A stretch of 64,000 bases of DNA from Pseudomonadota bacterium (GCA_039819785.1 JBCBRH010000009.1:30885-94884), one strand, 5' to 3'. Positions 39,915-49,630 are shown, numbered from the stretch's first letter. Notes: generated by a model from the sequence alone, not told the origin. Made by a program: numbers and translations.

Positions 39915-40914
39915 TCACCGGCCAGCAGATCGGGTTCAGATCAGTGACGGCGAGCCCGCCGGGGGCGACACCTGGAATGAACTTCTCCCAGTCGCCCGAA
40001 ACCATCGTGGGTTGGTCCAGCACACGTGCCCCATCGGCGAAATAAGTATTCGCCAACACGATCCGGCTTTGCGTTGTCCGGTTCCCAGCTGCCGTATGAA
40101 AACACAGATTGTGGTGGAAGCTCACTTCACCCATTTCAAACGGCCCAGCTTCGACAGCAACAGTGTTGGCTTTGAAAACATCTGCGATTTGCCGGTCATA
40201 GCTGGTGTCGAATTTGTTGAATTCGATCGCCTTGACGAGGTCGAAAACACTCAGCGGCTTTGCGAACGCCAACGGCCCCATCGCCACTGGGATCGGCTGA
40301 GCCGGGATCCAAGCCGTCACCACGTCATTTGTTGCCAATGGGAAATGATGGTCGTCGTAATGCCATGGCGTACGGCCGCAACCTGGTTCCTTCGACAGGA
40401 CATTGTCGTGGTAGAGCCTCACGCTTTTGACGTCCAAAAGATCAGCAGAGATTTTGCCAATGCGCGGACTGAGCACGTAGGCTTTGATCAGCGGATTTTC
40501 GAGCCACATCATATCAAGGCTGAAGAACCGCTCCTTCGCACCACCATCAAACTCCGTGTCAAACGCCACCACGAGAAGCCGTAGCAGTTCCTGCCGCAAC
40601 CGGATGACAGCACCAGGCGACAAAACATTTGGCAGCTTGATGAAGCCCTCGTGCCGAAAAGCCTCGCACTGGGCCTGGGTGAGCTCGTAAGGCACCTTGA
40701 GTTCTTCAACGATTTGCGCATCACTTGGCATCGGGATGTCGGGCAGCGGGGGCACATCCACCAAGGATGCCGCTGGCTCGTCAGCGTTATCGGCCAGTGT
40801 AACGTACCAGTCCCACCAGGCTTGATTGTCCTGTTCCCAGGATTGGTTGACGTCCGCCTGGCGAGCATTCTCGCCAACCAGCATCGCGTTTGATTGTGCC
40901 GACTTGTCTGTCAC
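39907..40914 (-). CDS. Phytanoyl-CoA dioxygenase (PhyH) family Fe(II)/2-oxoglutarate oxygenase
   Basis: FRHEGFIKLPNVL, WHYDDHHFP (H-x-D) and distal FHHNLCFH, typical of the PhyH/EctD superfamily. Confidence 0.75.
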   Translation of the reverse strand: MTDKSAQSNAMLVGENARQADVNQSWEQDNQAWWDWYVTLADNADEPAASLVDVPPLPDIPMPSDAQIVEELKVPYELTQAQCEAFRHEGFIKLPNVLSPGAVIRLRQELLRLLVVAFDTEFDGGAKERFFSLDMMWLENPLIKAYVLSPRIGKISADLLDVKSVRLYHDNVLSKEPGCGRTPWHYDDHHFPLATNDVVTAWIPAQPIPVAMGPLAFAKPLSVFDLVKAIEFNKFDTSYDRQIADVFKANTVAVEAGPFEMGEVSFHHNLCFHTAAGNRTTQSRIVLANTYFADGARVLDQPTMVSGDWEKFIPGVAPGGLAVTDLNPICWPVSG

Positions 40915-41080
40915 GGAAAGCTCCTAAGTGGTGCGGTACGCTGCACGGACGACCGAGTATAGCGCATAAGCCGCACAACCAATATGGGGTAGACCGCCTT
41001 ATGTCAGTTGCCTCCGATTTCGAAACAGGCCCGTGACGAACTGAGCCCCGGCGCATGCCAAAAAATAGTCGCGATACGAA

Positions 41081-41764
41081 CTAATCGGGGAAATGAACAC
41101 CGGGTTCACCGGACTGCCAGGGCGGATATTTCTTCATGCTCTCGACAAACAGCTCTGAGCCGACAAAGTCCGCCAGCCACTTTTGAAGCCGCGGCAAGGG
41201 TTGGGCAGAGAACCAGCTCACGTCCACGCGCGCAAACTGGCGCACAAACGGGGCCGTCGCGACATCAGCCAAAGACCGATGCACGCCGAAAAGGAAATCG
41301 TGGTCGGCCAGACGATCCTCCAATGACTGCAGGATCAGCATCACAGCATCCCGGTGCACGACCGGTTCAACACCTGCACCATCGTTCTCATGGGCATAAC
41401 GGTCGGCATATTTGTAGCGATCCAGATGGTGCTTGAATGGACCATCAATGGTTTCGATCACCTTTTGCATGTCCGCCACGTCCACACCGCTTGGCTCCAT
41501 CCAGCCCTCAGGGTCGCACCGGGATAAGGCCCACGTCATGATGTCATAGCTCTCATCAATGACCCGACCATCGGTATCGACAAGCACCGGAACAGTTGCC
41601 TTGAGCGACGCCGCAATCATTTCAGCTGGTTTATTGGACAGCACCACCTCGCGCAATTCGCAAGTCTGGCCGCTCACCCGAAGCGCCATGCGCGCCCGCA
41701 TCGCATACGGACATCGACGAAACGAATAAAGGATCGGTCGGTGGAGAGTTAGTAAGTCAGCCAT
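41081..41764 (-). CDS. Glutathione S-transferase family protein
   Basis: Thioredoxin-like N-terminus LYSFRRCPYAMRARMAL...VPVLV and a helical C-terminal domain. Confidence 0.7.
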   Translation of the reverse strand: MADLLTLHRPILYSFRRCPYAMRARMALRVSGQTCELREVVLSNKPAEMIAASLKATVPVLVDTDGRVIDESYDIMTWALSRCDPEGWMEPSGVDVADMQKVIETIDGPFKHHLDRYKYADRYAHENDGAGVEPVVHRDAVMLILQSLEDRLADHDFLFGVHRSLADVATAPFVRQFARVDVSWFSAQPLPRLQKWLADFVGSELFVESMKKYPPWQSGEPGVHFPD

Positions 41765-41856
41765 CCGGTCTGGCTAACGCAACACGTCAAATGGAGCAAC
41801 GAACATTCACTCAAAAAACGCCGCCGCCAGTCTCATGACGTGCGTGTGCCGATCGG

Positions 41857-42873
41857 TTAGTCCTCACGAAGCGCGCCTTGAAAATGATCGGTCAGCGGTT
41901 TGAGAAAATAGCTGAGAATAGTCCTGTTGTCGGTCTGGATGAACACGTCCGCAGGCATGCCCGGCAGCAGCGCCTTGCCCCCCAGCCGTGCCGGTTCACC
42001 ATTGTTGAGTGCGATACGTGCCAGGTAGTGGAACGTCTCACCCCGCTCATCACTGACGAGGTCAGGCGAGACGTTGATAACAGTACCGGTCAGTTCAGGG
42101 GTGGTCCGTTGATTGAAGCTTGTCAGTCTCACATTCGCAACCTGGCTCTCTCGAACTTGGTCGATCCGGGTCGGATCAATGCGCGCCTCGAGCACAAGCG
42201 TCGCATCCGTCGGCACAATCTGCAAAATCTCCTGTCCCGGCGCGACGACCCCGCCGATCGTGTGGACCGCCAGCTTGTGGACACGCCCTGAAATAGGTGC
42301 ACGCAGTTCCAGTTGAGACTGATCGGTCGATGCGCGTGACAATTCCGATTGCAGCCGGCCAATCTCGCCTTCAAGCTCCGCACGTTCACGCATCGCCGCA
42401 GCCAACTGCTTTCGCGGCACCAGACGCTTTTCTTCCAACATGCGTAAATCTTCCAGTTCCCGTTGCATAAGCTCCAACTGCTCGGTTTTTGCGCGCAGTT
42501 GTGACTGGAGACCATTCATCCGCTCACCGACACGCCCGCCATCCAGCAGGATCAGCGCATCGCCACGTTTTACGCTTTGGCCATCGCGCACATCGATCCG
42601 ACGCACCACACCGCCGTCCAGATGCTGGATGGCCTTGGAATTGCTTTCAACAACGACGGTGGCTTTGGCAACAACCGCGCCACTGATCTGGGTCACCGCT
42701 GCCCAGCCCCCAAGACCTGGAACAAGCAACACAATCGCCAGACCAGCAAAGCGTAGATAGCTGCCGATGCGCTGATCCTCTTTGGCAATGGCCATGCGTG
42801 GATCACGTTGTGCAGCAGAACCCGGACGGGGTCTTGTTGCATCGCGCTTAAGAGCTTGCGAGGTTTGCGGCAT
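41857..42873 (-). CDS. HlyD-family type I secretion membrane fusion protein (short coiled coil)
   Basis: TM anchor, SNSKAIQHLDGGVVRRIDVRDGQSVKRGDALILLD, a coiled coil of about 80 aa, LRAPISGRV, C-terminal RTILSYFLKPL. Confidence 0.85.
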   Translation of the reverse strand: MPQTSQALKRDATRPRPGSAAQRDPRMAIAKEDQRIGSYLRFAGLAIVLLVPGLGGWAAVTQISGAVVAKATVVVESNSKAIQHLDGGVVRRIDVRDGQSVKRGDALILLDGGRVGERMNGLQSQLRAKTEQLELMQRELEDLRMLEEKRLVPRKQLAAAMRERAELEGEIGRLQSELSRASTDQSQLELRAPISGRVHKLAVHTIGGVVAPGQEILQIVPTDATLVLEARIDPTRIDQVRESQVANVRLTSFNQRTTPELTGTVINVSPDLVSDERGETFHYLARIALNNGEPARLGGKALLPGMPADVFIQTDNRTILSYFLKPLTDHFQGALRED

Positions 42874-45535
42874 GATTGGTGGACCTTAAGGGAGCAACGC
42901 TTGTTTTCGCAGCAGATGACTTCGATGCAGCACGTGAGCGGCCCGCAGGCTTCAAGATGTCGTCCTTCGGGCCAAAAGCGGCCTGCCGGCCATCTTTCAA
43001 AACCAGCAGCAAATTGACGTGCTCAAGTGCTTTGCGCCGATGGGCCAGGACGACCACGGTGCTGCCAGCCTGACGTAACGTATCAATGGACTGACTAAGA
43101 GCAGCCTCCCCGTCCTGATCGAGATTGGAGTTGGGTTCATCCAGCACAACAAAGGCAGGCTGACGGTACAGCGCTCGCGCCAGCGCGACCCGTTGCCTGT
43201 GCCCGCCCGAAAGGACTGTTCCACCATCTCCCACCAACGTGTTGTAACCCTCCGGCAGCGCCTGGATCATATCGTGCACATTTGCCATGCGCGCAGCAGC
43301 GATGATGTCTTGCGGAGAGGCCTCAGGGTCAAAGCGCGAGATGTTATCGGCGACCGTCCCGTCAAACAGTTCAACGGCCTGCGGCAGGTACCCGACATGA
43401 CGGCCAAGCTGCTCCGGTGGCCAATGGTGGAGTGCCGCACCATCCAGCCGGACATGCCCTTTCAGCGTCGGCCAGACACCGACCAGCACACGGGCAAGAG
43501 TCGACTTTCCTGATCCACTTGCCCCCAGCACACCCAGCGCATCACCTGGCTCAAGTTGGAAATCCAGCCCCTTCAAGACGGGATCGCGCAGACCGATCGG
43601 ACTGGCAAACAGACCCTCAACCCGGACCTTGCCTTGGGGCGTGGCGAGTGGCAGCCGCGAAGGGCGCACCGGGGCTTCAGTGAACGCTTCCGCCAAACGG
43701 GCATATCCCTGCCGTGTTGTGATGAAGGAGCGCCAATTGCCAATGGCCGTCTCAATGGGTGACAGCGCGCGCGACATGATGATGGACGATGCGATCATGA
43801 TACCAGGCGAGACAATGTTCTGCAGCACGAGCAGCGCACCAGCAGCCAGAACAGCCGATTGCAACAGCAGCCGGAGCGTCTTGGTCATGACAGTGAGGAC
43901 GCCTGAAACATCGGCACCCTTCGTTTGGCTCAGAACTTCATCGCAGTGCGTCGTAAGCCATGCATTGCGATAAACGCGGGCCATGCCCATCGCTTGCAAC
44001 GTTTCACCGCCGCGACGGCCAGCCTCATACAAGCGCTCCCCGTCGGTCGCGTGATGAGCCGCTTCAAGCACAGGTTTGCGCGACAACAGCTCATTCAGGC
44101 TGGATAAGACAACCAGCACCACAGCACCACCCAGCGCAAGTGCACCAAGTGTCCAGTGGAAGACAAACAGCAGCGCAAAATAGAACGGCGCCCACGGCAT
44201 GTCGAAAAACGCTGTCGCACCTGCTCCCGAAATGAACTGCCGGACATTCCGCAGATCTTTCAGCAGCTGCGCCTGTTCAGTGCGCTTGTTTGGCTCACGA
44301 ATGGCAATGGCTGCGTCAAAAACCTGACTGGATAAAAGCCTGTCAATCCGCAAGCCGATGCGCACCAGCAAACGCGAACGGACGGCTTCCAGCACGCCCA
44401 TGAAAACGAACAGTGCGATCGTCAGGCCGAACAACGCGGTAAGCGTCGGAACGCTTTTCGATGTCAACACGCGGTCATAAACCTGCAGCATGAACAGCGG
44501 CCCCGTCAGCATCAGCAGGTTGATGAACATACTGATGACGCCGACCCCCATGAGGGCGCTGCGGCAGGCCTTGCGCACATCTTTCAAGGCATAGGTTTCA
44601 TCTACTGCCGATGCCACATCAGGATCTGTTACATGGCGCGTTTCCGGCTGGCGAGATGAACGAACCGGCCGGTGCCGTTCATTACTCCGCTGCTGCGCCA
44701 CATGGGCATGTAATTGAACACGCGCTCCGGCAGCCTCACGCGGATTGTCGTTGACGGGTGGCATACCGGCAAGGTTGGTGAAGCGCTCAGAGAGCCGCAT
44801 GTGACTTGGGCTTTGCAGCGCCAAACCCGACAAAGGCGGCACACCGGCAGGGAGCGCTTGCGGAAACCCAAGCGGGCTAACATGCGACGGCTGCGACACA
44901 CGCTTGTCAGGGCGCGGCGGGTTTCTCAGATGCATCGGATAACGCGGAGCAAAGCTGCGATAGATGGTGCCAATCATCAGCGTCACTGTGGCCGTAAGCG
45001 TAAACAATACCAGCCATGCAAAGGCAAAGCCCTGATAGAGCGCCACAGCAGGCAGCGCCTGCAAAGCAGGGACAAACGCAACGGCGGTCATGCCGGTCCA
45101 GCATGTCAACGAAGTCACGCCAATGGCAATCGCCCGGAATGTCTCCAGGATGCTGAGGCTGGCTGCGAGTGGGCGCTGCGCTTGCGTCGTCAGCGGCAAA
45201 AGAAACTGCTGCAGCAAAAGCGCATTTAACGAAAGCAAAACCGCCAACCCGAGCTTGAACACAAGTTTCGGGGGAAGGGTTGCCAAGGTGTGCTTGGTCA
45301 CCAGCAGCGCAGACCCGCTCAACAACAGACCGAACAAACCAATCAGAACCAGAGTGTGCGCGAAACTAACGGCTCGCGCCGAGACGGGTGGACCGCGCAA
45401 AAACAACATGCGGGCGCCCAGACCATCACCGATGACGACGCCTGTCAGCGCCATTGCCAAAGCGGCGTAGTGCATGATGACGACAGCTTCGAGCCAGTCG
45501 ACATCAGCGGTCAGGGTAAGCAGGTCTTCAATCAT
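42848..45535 (-). CDS. PrtD-family type I secretion ABC permease/ATPase with about 310-aa N-terminal polytopic extension
   Basis: Core from about aa 315: MFINLLMLTGPLFMLQVYDRVL, Walker A GASGSGKST, signature LSGGHRQRVALARAL, Walker B FVVLDEPNSNLD. The N-terminal 195 aa are TM-rich, followed by a Pro/Arg/Ser/Gln-rich linker. Confidence 0.9.
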   Translation of the reverse strand: MIEDLLTLTADVDWLEAVVIMHYAALAMALTGVVIGDGLGARMLFLRGPPVSARAVSFAHTLVLIGLFGLLLSGSALLVTKHTLATLPPKLVFKLGLAVLLSLNALLLQQFLLPLTTQAQRPLAASLSILETFRAIAIGVTSLTCWTGMTAVAFVPALQALPAVALYQGFAFAWLVLFTLTATVTLMIGTIYRSFAPRYPMHLRNPPRPDKRVSQPSHVSPLGFPQALPAGVPPLSGLALQSPSHMRLSERFTNLAGMPPVNDNPREAAGARVQLHAHVAQQRSNERHRPVRSSRQPETRHVTDPDVASAVDETYALKDVRKACRSALMGVGVISMFINLLMLTGPLFMLQVYDRVLTSKSVPTLTALFGLTIALFVFMGVLEAVRSRLLVRIGLRIDRLLSSQVFDAAIAIREPNKRTEQAQLLKDLRNVRQFISGAGATAFFDMPWAPFYFALLFVFHWTLGALALGGAVVLVVLSSLNELLSRKPVLEAAHHATDGERLYEAGRRGGETLQAMGMARVYRNAWLTTHCDEVLSQTKGADVSGVLTVMTKTLRLLLQSAVLAAGALLVLQNIVSPGIMIASSIIMSRALSPIETAIGNWRSFITTRQGYARLAEAFTEAPVRPSRLPLATPQGKVRVEGLFASPIGLRDPVLKGLDFQLEPGDALGVLGASGSGKSTLARVLVGVWPTLKGHVRLDGAALHHWPPEQLGRHVGYLPQAVELFDGTVADNISRFDPEASPQDIIAAARMANVHDMIQALPEGYNTLVGDGGTVLSGGHRQRVALARALYRQPAFVVLDEPNSNLDQDGEAALSQSIDTLRQAGSTVVVLAHRRKALEHVNLLLVLKDGRQAAFGPKDDILKPAGRSRAASKSSAAKTSVAPLRSTNHAANLASS

Positions 45536-45634
45536 TCAAGGGGTTCGCAATGTATTGAATAAAAGAAACGAGCCTCGCGCTGCCGCCTGTTTTGTGTGGC
45601 AGCAGCGCAAGACCAAACCGCATCACATGTATCG

Positions 45635-48600
45635 TCAACCGACACGCATGCCGTCATCCATGGCGGCATCGGCGATGGCCACATCAGCGATCATCGGTTC
45701 ATCCATAACGGCCGTGATGTCTGCTGGCGCGTCGTCAGTCGCAGGTGCGTCCACGGTGCCAGCTTCCATTTCGGCCATTTCGGCAAGCGCTTGATCGACA
45801 GTTCCAGCCGGTGTCGCCCCAACCCCGGACGTGCCGAGGATTTCGCCAAGCAGGTCACCCTCAAGCAGGTCCTCGATCTCGTCGCGGTCTTCGGCAACAA
45901 CAAGTGTGCCGTCATCCTGGATCGAATAAACCTCTCCTTGGCCGCTGAAGTAGACATGCTCCACATCGCTGACGAGATCCGTCTCTCCAGCGGCATTGGC
46001 AAAGAACAGCCCGCCATCGGAGACCGTGATCGTGTAGTCATCGATCGAGCCCGCGAGCACCATGACATCCTGGCCACGTCCACCATCGATCATGTCATCG
46101 CCAGCCCCGCCGGACAGAACGTCATCGCCAGCACCGCCGTCGAGAAAATCATCGGCCTCGCCACCAACAAGGACGTCTTCACCCCGGTTGCCATGGATTT
46201 CATCTTGACCGACACCGCCGATGAGAATGTCATCACCGAAGTCGCCAGCGAGCAGGTCGTCACCGTCGCCGCCAGCCAAGAGGTCGTCACCGTGACCGCC
46301 TCGGATATCGTCTTCGCCAGCACCTCCGACGATACGGTCATCCCCCCAACTTCCCGCCAGGTCATCTTCGTCAGCCGTTCCAATGAGCAGATCATCACCA
46401 ACGCTTGAAACGTCACTTGCGGGGTTGTCAGCCGACGGGGTCAGCAGTGTATCCAGCAGCGTGGTGTCGCCTGTTGGGGCGTCGGGCGCATCCGGCACTT
46501 CGGGGGTATCCGGGCTGTCCGGCGTATCGGGGACGTCCGGTGTATCAGGGTTTTCATCCGTCGGTGCATCGGGGGTATCCGGCGTATCAGGCACATCTGG
46601 AACCTCCGGAACATCTGGTGTCTCAGGTGTATCTGGAGCCTCAGCCACAGGCACAACATCGTCTGAGCGCATCAATGGCGTGATGGCCTCATCGATCTCA
46701 TCAATAGTTTCGACGATGCCATAAGCGACAGCCGCGTCGGTCGTGTAGTCGGCATCCGTGATGGTGGCATCCAGAACGTTGATCGTTCCAAGCAGATCGA
46801 GGTTGTGGGCACCACCGCCATTCCCCTGGTTTGACCGCAGGTGCAGGACGCTGTCATCGGCAGCCCCATCTCCATCGGCATCCACACCCGTATCGACCTG
46901 ATAAACCTCCGTGGTGTGACCTTCGATTGTGATCTTGTCGCCTTCGTCACGGTTGAAGTCCGTGATCGTGTCGTTGCCAATCCCATCCACCCAGTGGTCG
47001 TGGACATTGTCGTTTTCACCGGCGACACCCATCCAGTCGATGGTGCGATCGTTGTTGACGTGCTGGTTGATGATCTCCTCTTTCCCATTGATAAGTGTCT
47101 GGAACAAGAATTCATCCGCACCCGTGCCGCCCGTCAAAACATCATCAGCTGGCATGTTCGCCTGGGAGGGGTAGAGCATGTTGGTGACCGGATCGATCTC
47201 GGCGTTCGGGTCATCACTTGCGTCATAGTCCTGTGCGATGACAGGCTCACGTCCGTCGGCGCGGCTGATGATGGTGTCATCGCCTGCGCCGCCTGTAAGG
47301 ACGTCCTCGCCGTGCCCGCCATCGAGCACGTCTGAACCAGCCCCCCCTTCAAGAACGTCATCACCATAGCCGCCCATCAGGTTGTCACTGCCATCGCCAC
47401 CGTCCAGGCTGTCGTTACCAGCGCCGCCATCGAGTGCGTCGTCTCCACCGTTGCCGATCAACTGGTCATCACCGACTGGAACAGGCGGTGCCATTGCCAC
47501 AGCACCATCGAGAGCACCCGGCCCGTCCGCTGCCAGTGTTGCGATCTGCTCCGCCGTCAGGTTGTCGGAAGGGGTGTTGCCGCCCCAAAAGCCGACATCG
47601 GCAATCGCACCCTCAAAGTAGTGTTGCAGATCGTCGTTGAGACCCAGTTCGGCCACCGTTCCAGTGTCTTCGGCAATGCGGGTGTTCGCCCCGATGACGA
47701 AGGGTTTGTCGTTCCCGATGACATACGCGCCGGTATACGCGCTCAAGTTGGGCTCCCCATTGCCTTCAACTTCACGAAACGCGCTGTCAGGCAAAGCTTG
47801 GCCATCCAAATAGACGGTCGCCCCAGCGGCCCCGAACGTGACAGCGACGTGGTGCCATTGGCCTTCCTGGACAACCGACTGGTTGGTCTGCCAGGCATGG
47901 TTGGTCCCTTCGCCCTCACCTTCTGAAAGGCGTACCCGCAGCTGTCCATTACCCGCAACGCTGATATGGAAATGCCCGCCTTCGTCAGAGTTCCGCTCAT
48001 CTTTGGCAAGAATGGTTTGCATGCCACCAAGATCATCGGCACGGAACGACGCGGTCACCGTCCCATTCAAGACCTGATAGGAACTGTCATTCGACGCATA
48101 CGCAAACGTGTTCTCACCATCGAACAAGGCAGCTGAGCCACCGTTCGGACCATCGGTCGTGGGAACGTCAGATTGCAGGACAGCAACATTACTGACGAGG
48201 CTGTAGTAACCCGCATCGGAGATATCTCGAGCATCTTCGAACACACCGTTTTCAGCCGTATCGAAGCGCCAGAACGACAACGGCGAATCAAGCGACGCAT
48301 TGCTGTCCGTAAGGGAATCGCCGACCAGTTGATCAGCACCTTCAGTGCCGGTCAGCACATCATCAGCTGCGTCGATAATTTCGACCGGGCGGGTGTATTC
48401 GGCGAATTGCGGTCCAGGATTGGCGTTCAACGCATCGAAATCTACCTCATCTTGAAACGGGTTTTCAGACACGTTGTCGTTGGGGTTTTCATCACGCACA
48501 CCGGTCGGCGCAATGGCTTCATCGATCTGTGAGATGTTCTCGATAACCCCATAAAACACACCGGCGTCAAGTTCGACATCGGACGCCTCGACGCGGTCAC

Positions 48601-49273
48601 CATGAACGATGACGCGGCCCAGTAGGTCATCGTCGTGGGCACCGCCGTTCGCTTGATTGGAACGCAGCTGGATGATCGATTCTTGGTCGCCGTCGCCGTC
48701 CACATCGTCGTATGTGATATCGACTTCCGTGGTGTGGCCATAAGCGATGATCCGGTCGCCTTCCGCCTTGTCATAGTCAGCGATGATGTCGGTGCCGATA
48801 CTGTCTGGCCAATGGTCATGGACTTCGTCGTTTTCTCCGGCCACACCATTACCGGTCCAGTCGATATTGCCGTCCTGATCGGCGTTGCGACGCAGAATGT
48901 CTTCCTTCGCGTTGAGGAGCGGCGTCATAATGAACGTGTCGGCACCCGCACCCCCGATGAGGATGTCGTCAGCAACGAACGGTTGATCCGGATAGATCGT
49001 GTTGGTTGCCGCGTTCACTTCCCCGTCCGGGTCGTTGCCAGCATTGACCTCCTGCCCGATCTCAGGCTCGCCGGCATCAGACGCCGCAACAAGGGCATCA
49101 TCACCGTCGCCGCCTATCAGAAGGTCAGACCCGCGTCCTCCGTCGAGCTGGTCGTTGCCGGCGCCGCCGATGAGCCGGTCATCGCCGTAACCGCCGTTCA
49201 GCACGTCCGCGCCATCTGCTCCAGTCAGCGTATCGTTTTCGACGGTACCGATTTGTGTTTCACCATTCGCCAT
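45635..49273 (-). CDS. Large RTX (hemolysin-type calcium-binding) protein with LamG/ConA-like domain; probable T1SS substrate
   Basis: Three blocks of GGxGxD nonapeptides (aa 13-60, 603-668, 958-1072), a LamG-like region (aa about 330-565), a PD[TV]PE-rich linker and an acidic C-terminus with no Cys. Confidence 0.9.
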   Translation of the reverse strand: MANGETQIGTVENDTLTGADGADVLNGGYGDDRLIGGAGNDQLDGGRGSDLLIGGDGDDALVAASDAGEPEIGQEVNAGNDPDGEVNAATNTIYPDQPFVADDILIGGAGADTFIMTPLLNAKEDILRRNADQDGNIDWTGNGVAGENDEVHDHWPDSIGTDIIADYDKAEGDRIIAYGHTTEVDITYDDVDGDGDQESIIQLRSNQANGGAHDDDLLGRVIVHGDRVEASDVELDAGVFYGVIENISQIDEAIAPTGVRDENPNDNVSENPFQDEVDFDALNANPGPQFAEYTRPVEIIDAADDVLTGTEGADQLVGDSLTDSNASLDSPLSFWRFDTAENGVFEDARDISDAGYYSLVSNVAVLQSDVPTTDGPNGGSAALFDGENTFAYASNDSSYQVLNGTVTASFRADDLGGMQTILAKDERNSDEGGHFHISVAGNGQLRVRLSEGEGEGTNHAWQTNQSVVQEGQWHHVAVTFGAAGATVYLDGQALPDSAFREVEGNGEPNLSAYTGAYVIGNDKPFVIGANTRIAEDTGTVAELGLNDDLQHYFEGAIADVGFWGGNTPSDNLTAEQIATLAADGPGALDGAVAMAPPVPVGDDQLIGNGGDDALDGGAGNDSLDGGDGSDNLMGGYGDDVLEGGAGSDVLDGGHGEDVLTGGAGDDTIISRADGREPVIAQDYDASDDPNAEIDPVTNMLYPSQANMPADDVLTGGTGADEFLFQTLINGKEEIINQHVNNDRTIDWMGVAGENDNVHDHWVDGIGNDTITDFNRDEGDKITIEGHTTEVYQVDTGVDADGDGAADDSVLHLRSNQGNGGGAHNLDLLGTINVLDATITDADYTTDAAVAYGIVETIDEIDEAITPLMRSDDVVPVAEAPDTPETPDVPEVPDVPDTPDTPDAPTDENPDTPDVPDTPDSPDTPEVPDAPDAPTGDTTLLDTLLTPSADNPASDVSSVGDDLLIGTADEDDLAGSWGDDRIVGGAGEDDIRGGHGDDLLAGGDGDDLLAGDFGDDILIGGVGQDEIHGNRGEDVLVGGEADDFLDGGAGDDVLSGGAGDDMIDGGRGQDVMVLAGSIDDYTITVSDGGLFFANAAGETDLVSDVEHVYFSGQGEVYSIQDDGTLVVAEDRDEIEDLLEGDLLGEILGTSGVGATPAGTVDQALAEMAEMEAGTVDAPATDDAPADITAVMDEPMIADVAIADAAMDDGMRVG
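46475..46642 (-). repeat. Short tandem coding repeats encoding (P-D/E-T/V/A)n linker
   Basis: Encodes APDTPETPDVPEVPDVPDTPDTPDAPTDENPDTPDVPDTPDSPDTPEVPDAPDAP. The plus strand reads as reiterated ggtgtatc/ggcgtatc units. Confidence 0.8.
46676..47467 (-). other. Internal duplication copy 2 of the RTX protein (RTX block plus about 195-aa VHDHW module, aa 603-866)
   Basis: Aligns by eye with aa 13-256: ...YP.Q...DD.L.GG.GAD.F....N.KE.I.......IDW.G.AGEND.VHDHW.D.IG.D.I.D....EGD.I...GHTTEV...DGDG...S...LRSNQ.NGG.AH..DLLG... Confidence 0.75.
48506..49237 (-). other. Internal duplication copy 1 of the RTX protein (aa 13-256)
   Basis: See copy 2. Identity is at the protein level only; the DNA has diverged. 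Confidence 0.75.
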
Positions 49274-49630
49274 TGTTTCAGTCTCCTAAAGTGATGGTTG
49301 TTGTGTTCAAGCAAGCCGTTGCGTCAGCACACAGCTTCCCCGTGACCCAGAACCACATGGCGTGGATCAGGTTGTTTTTCGTTTCTGGTTTTCGGTGTCA
49401 GTGGTCTCGGTGAGCCAGCCGTCTAAGCACCATTTCTGCAACTATTGGTTTGTTGGAAACGGTTGGGCGTGCTGACCTCAATCGTCGTTTTGTTCCATGG
49501 ACTGCATCCTTTCGGGGTTGTCCCTCTCCACATCCGCTATGCTGTTTCCAACCGTTGCGGGCCTTGAAAAAGTTTGCGGGGTCCAAGGCGGCTGCCAAAC
49601 CGATGCACCTTGCCTGAACCGCTCCTGGTG

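Noticed and set aside
45596-46724. Plus-strand ORFs (270 aa and 113 aa, the latter Ser/Gly/Val-rich)
   Set aside because: They are mirror images of the RTX nonapeptide and PDTPE repeat codons on the minus strand. The repetitive composition explains the open frames.
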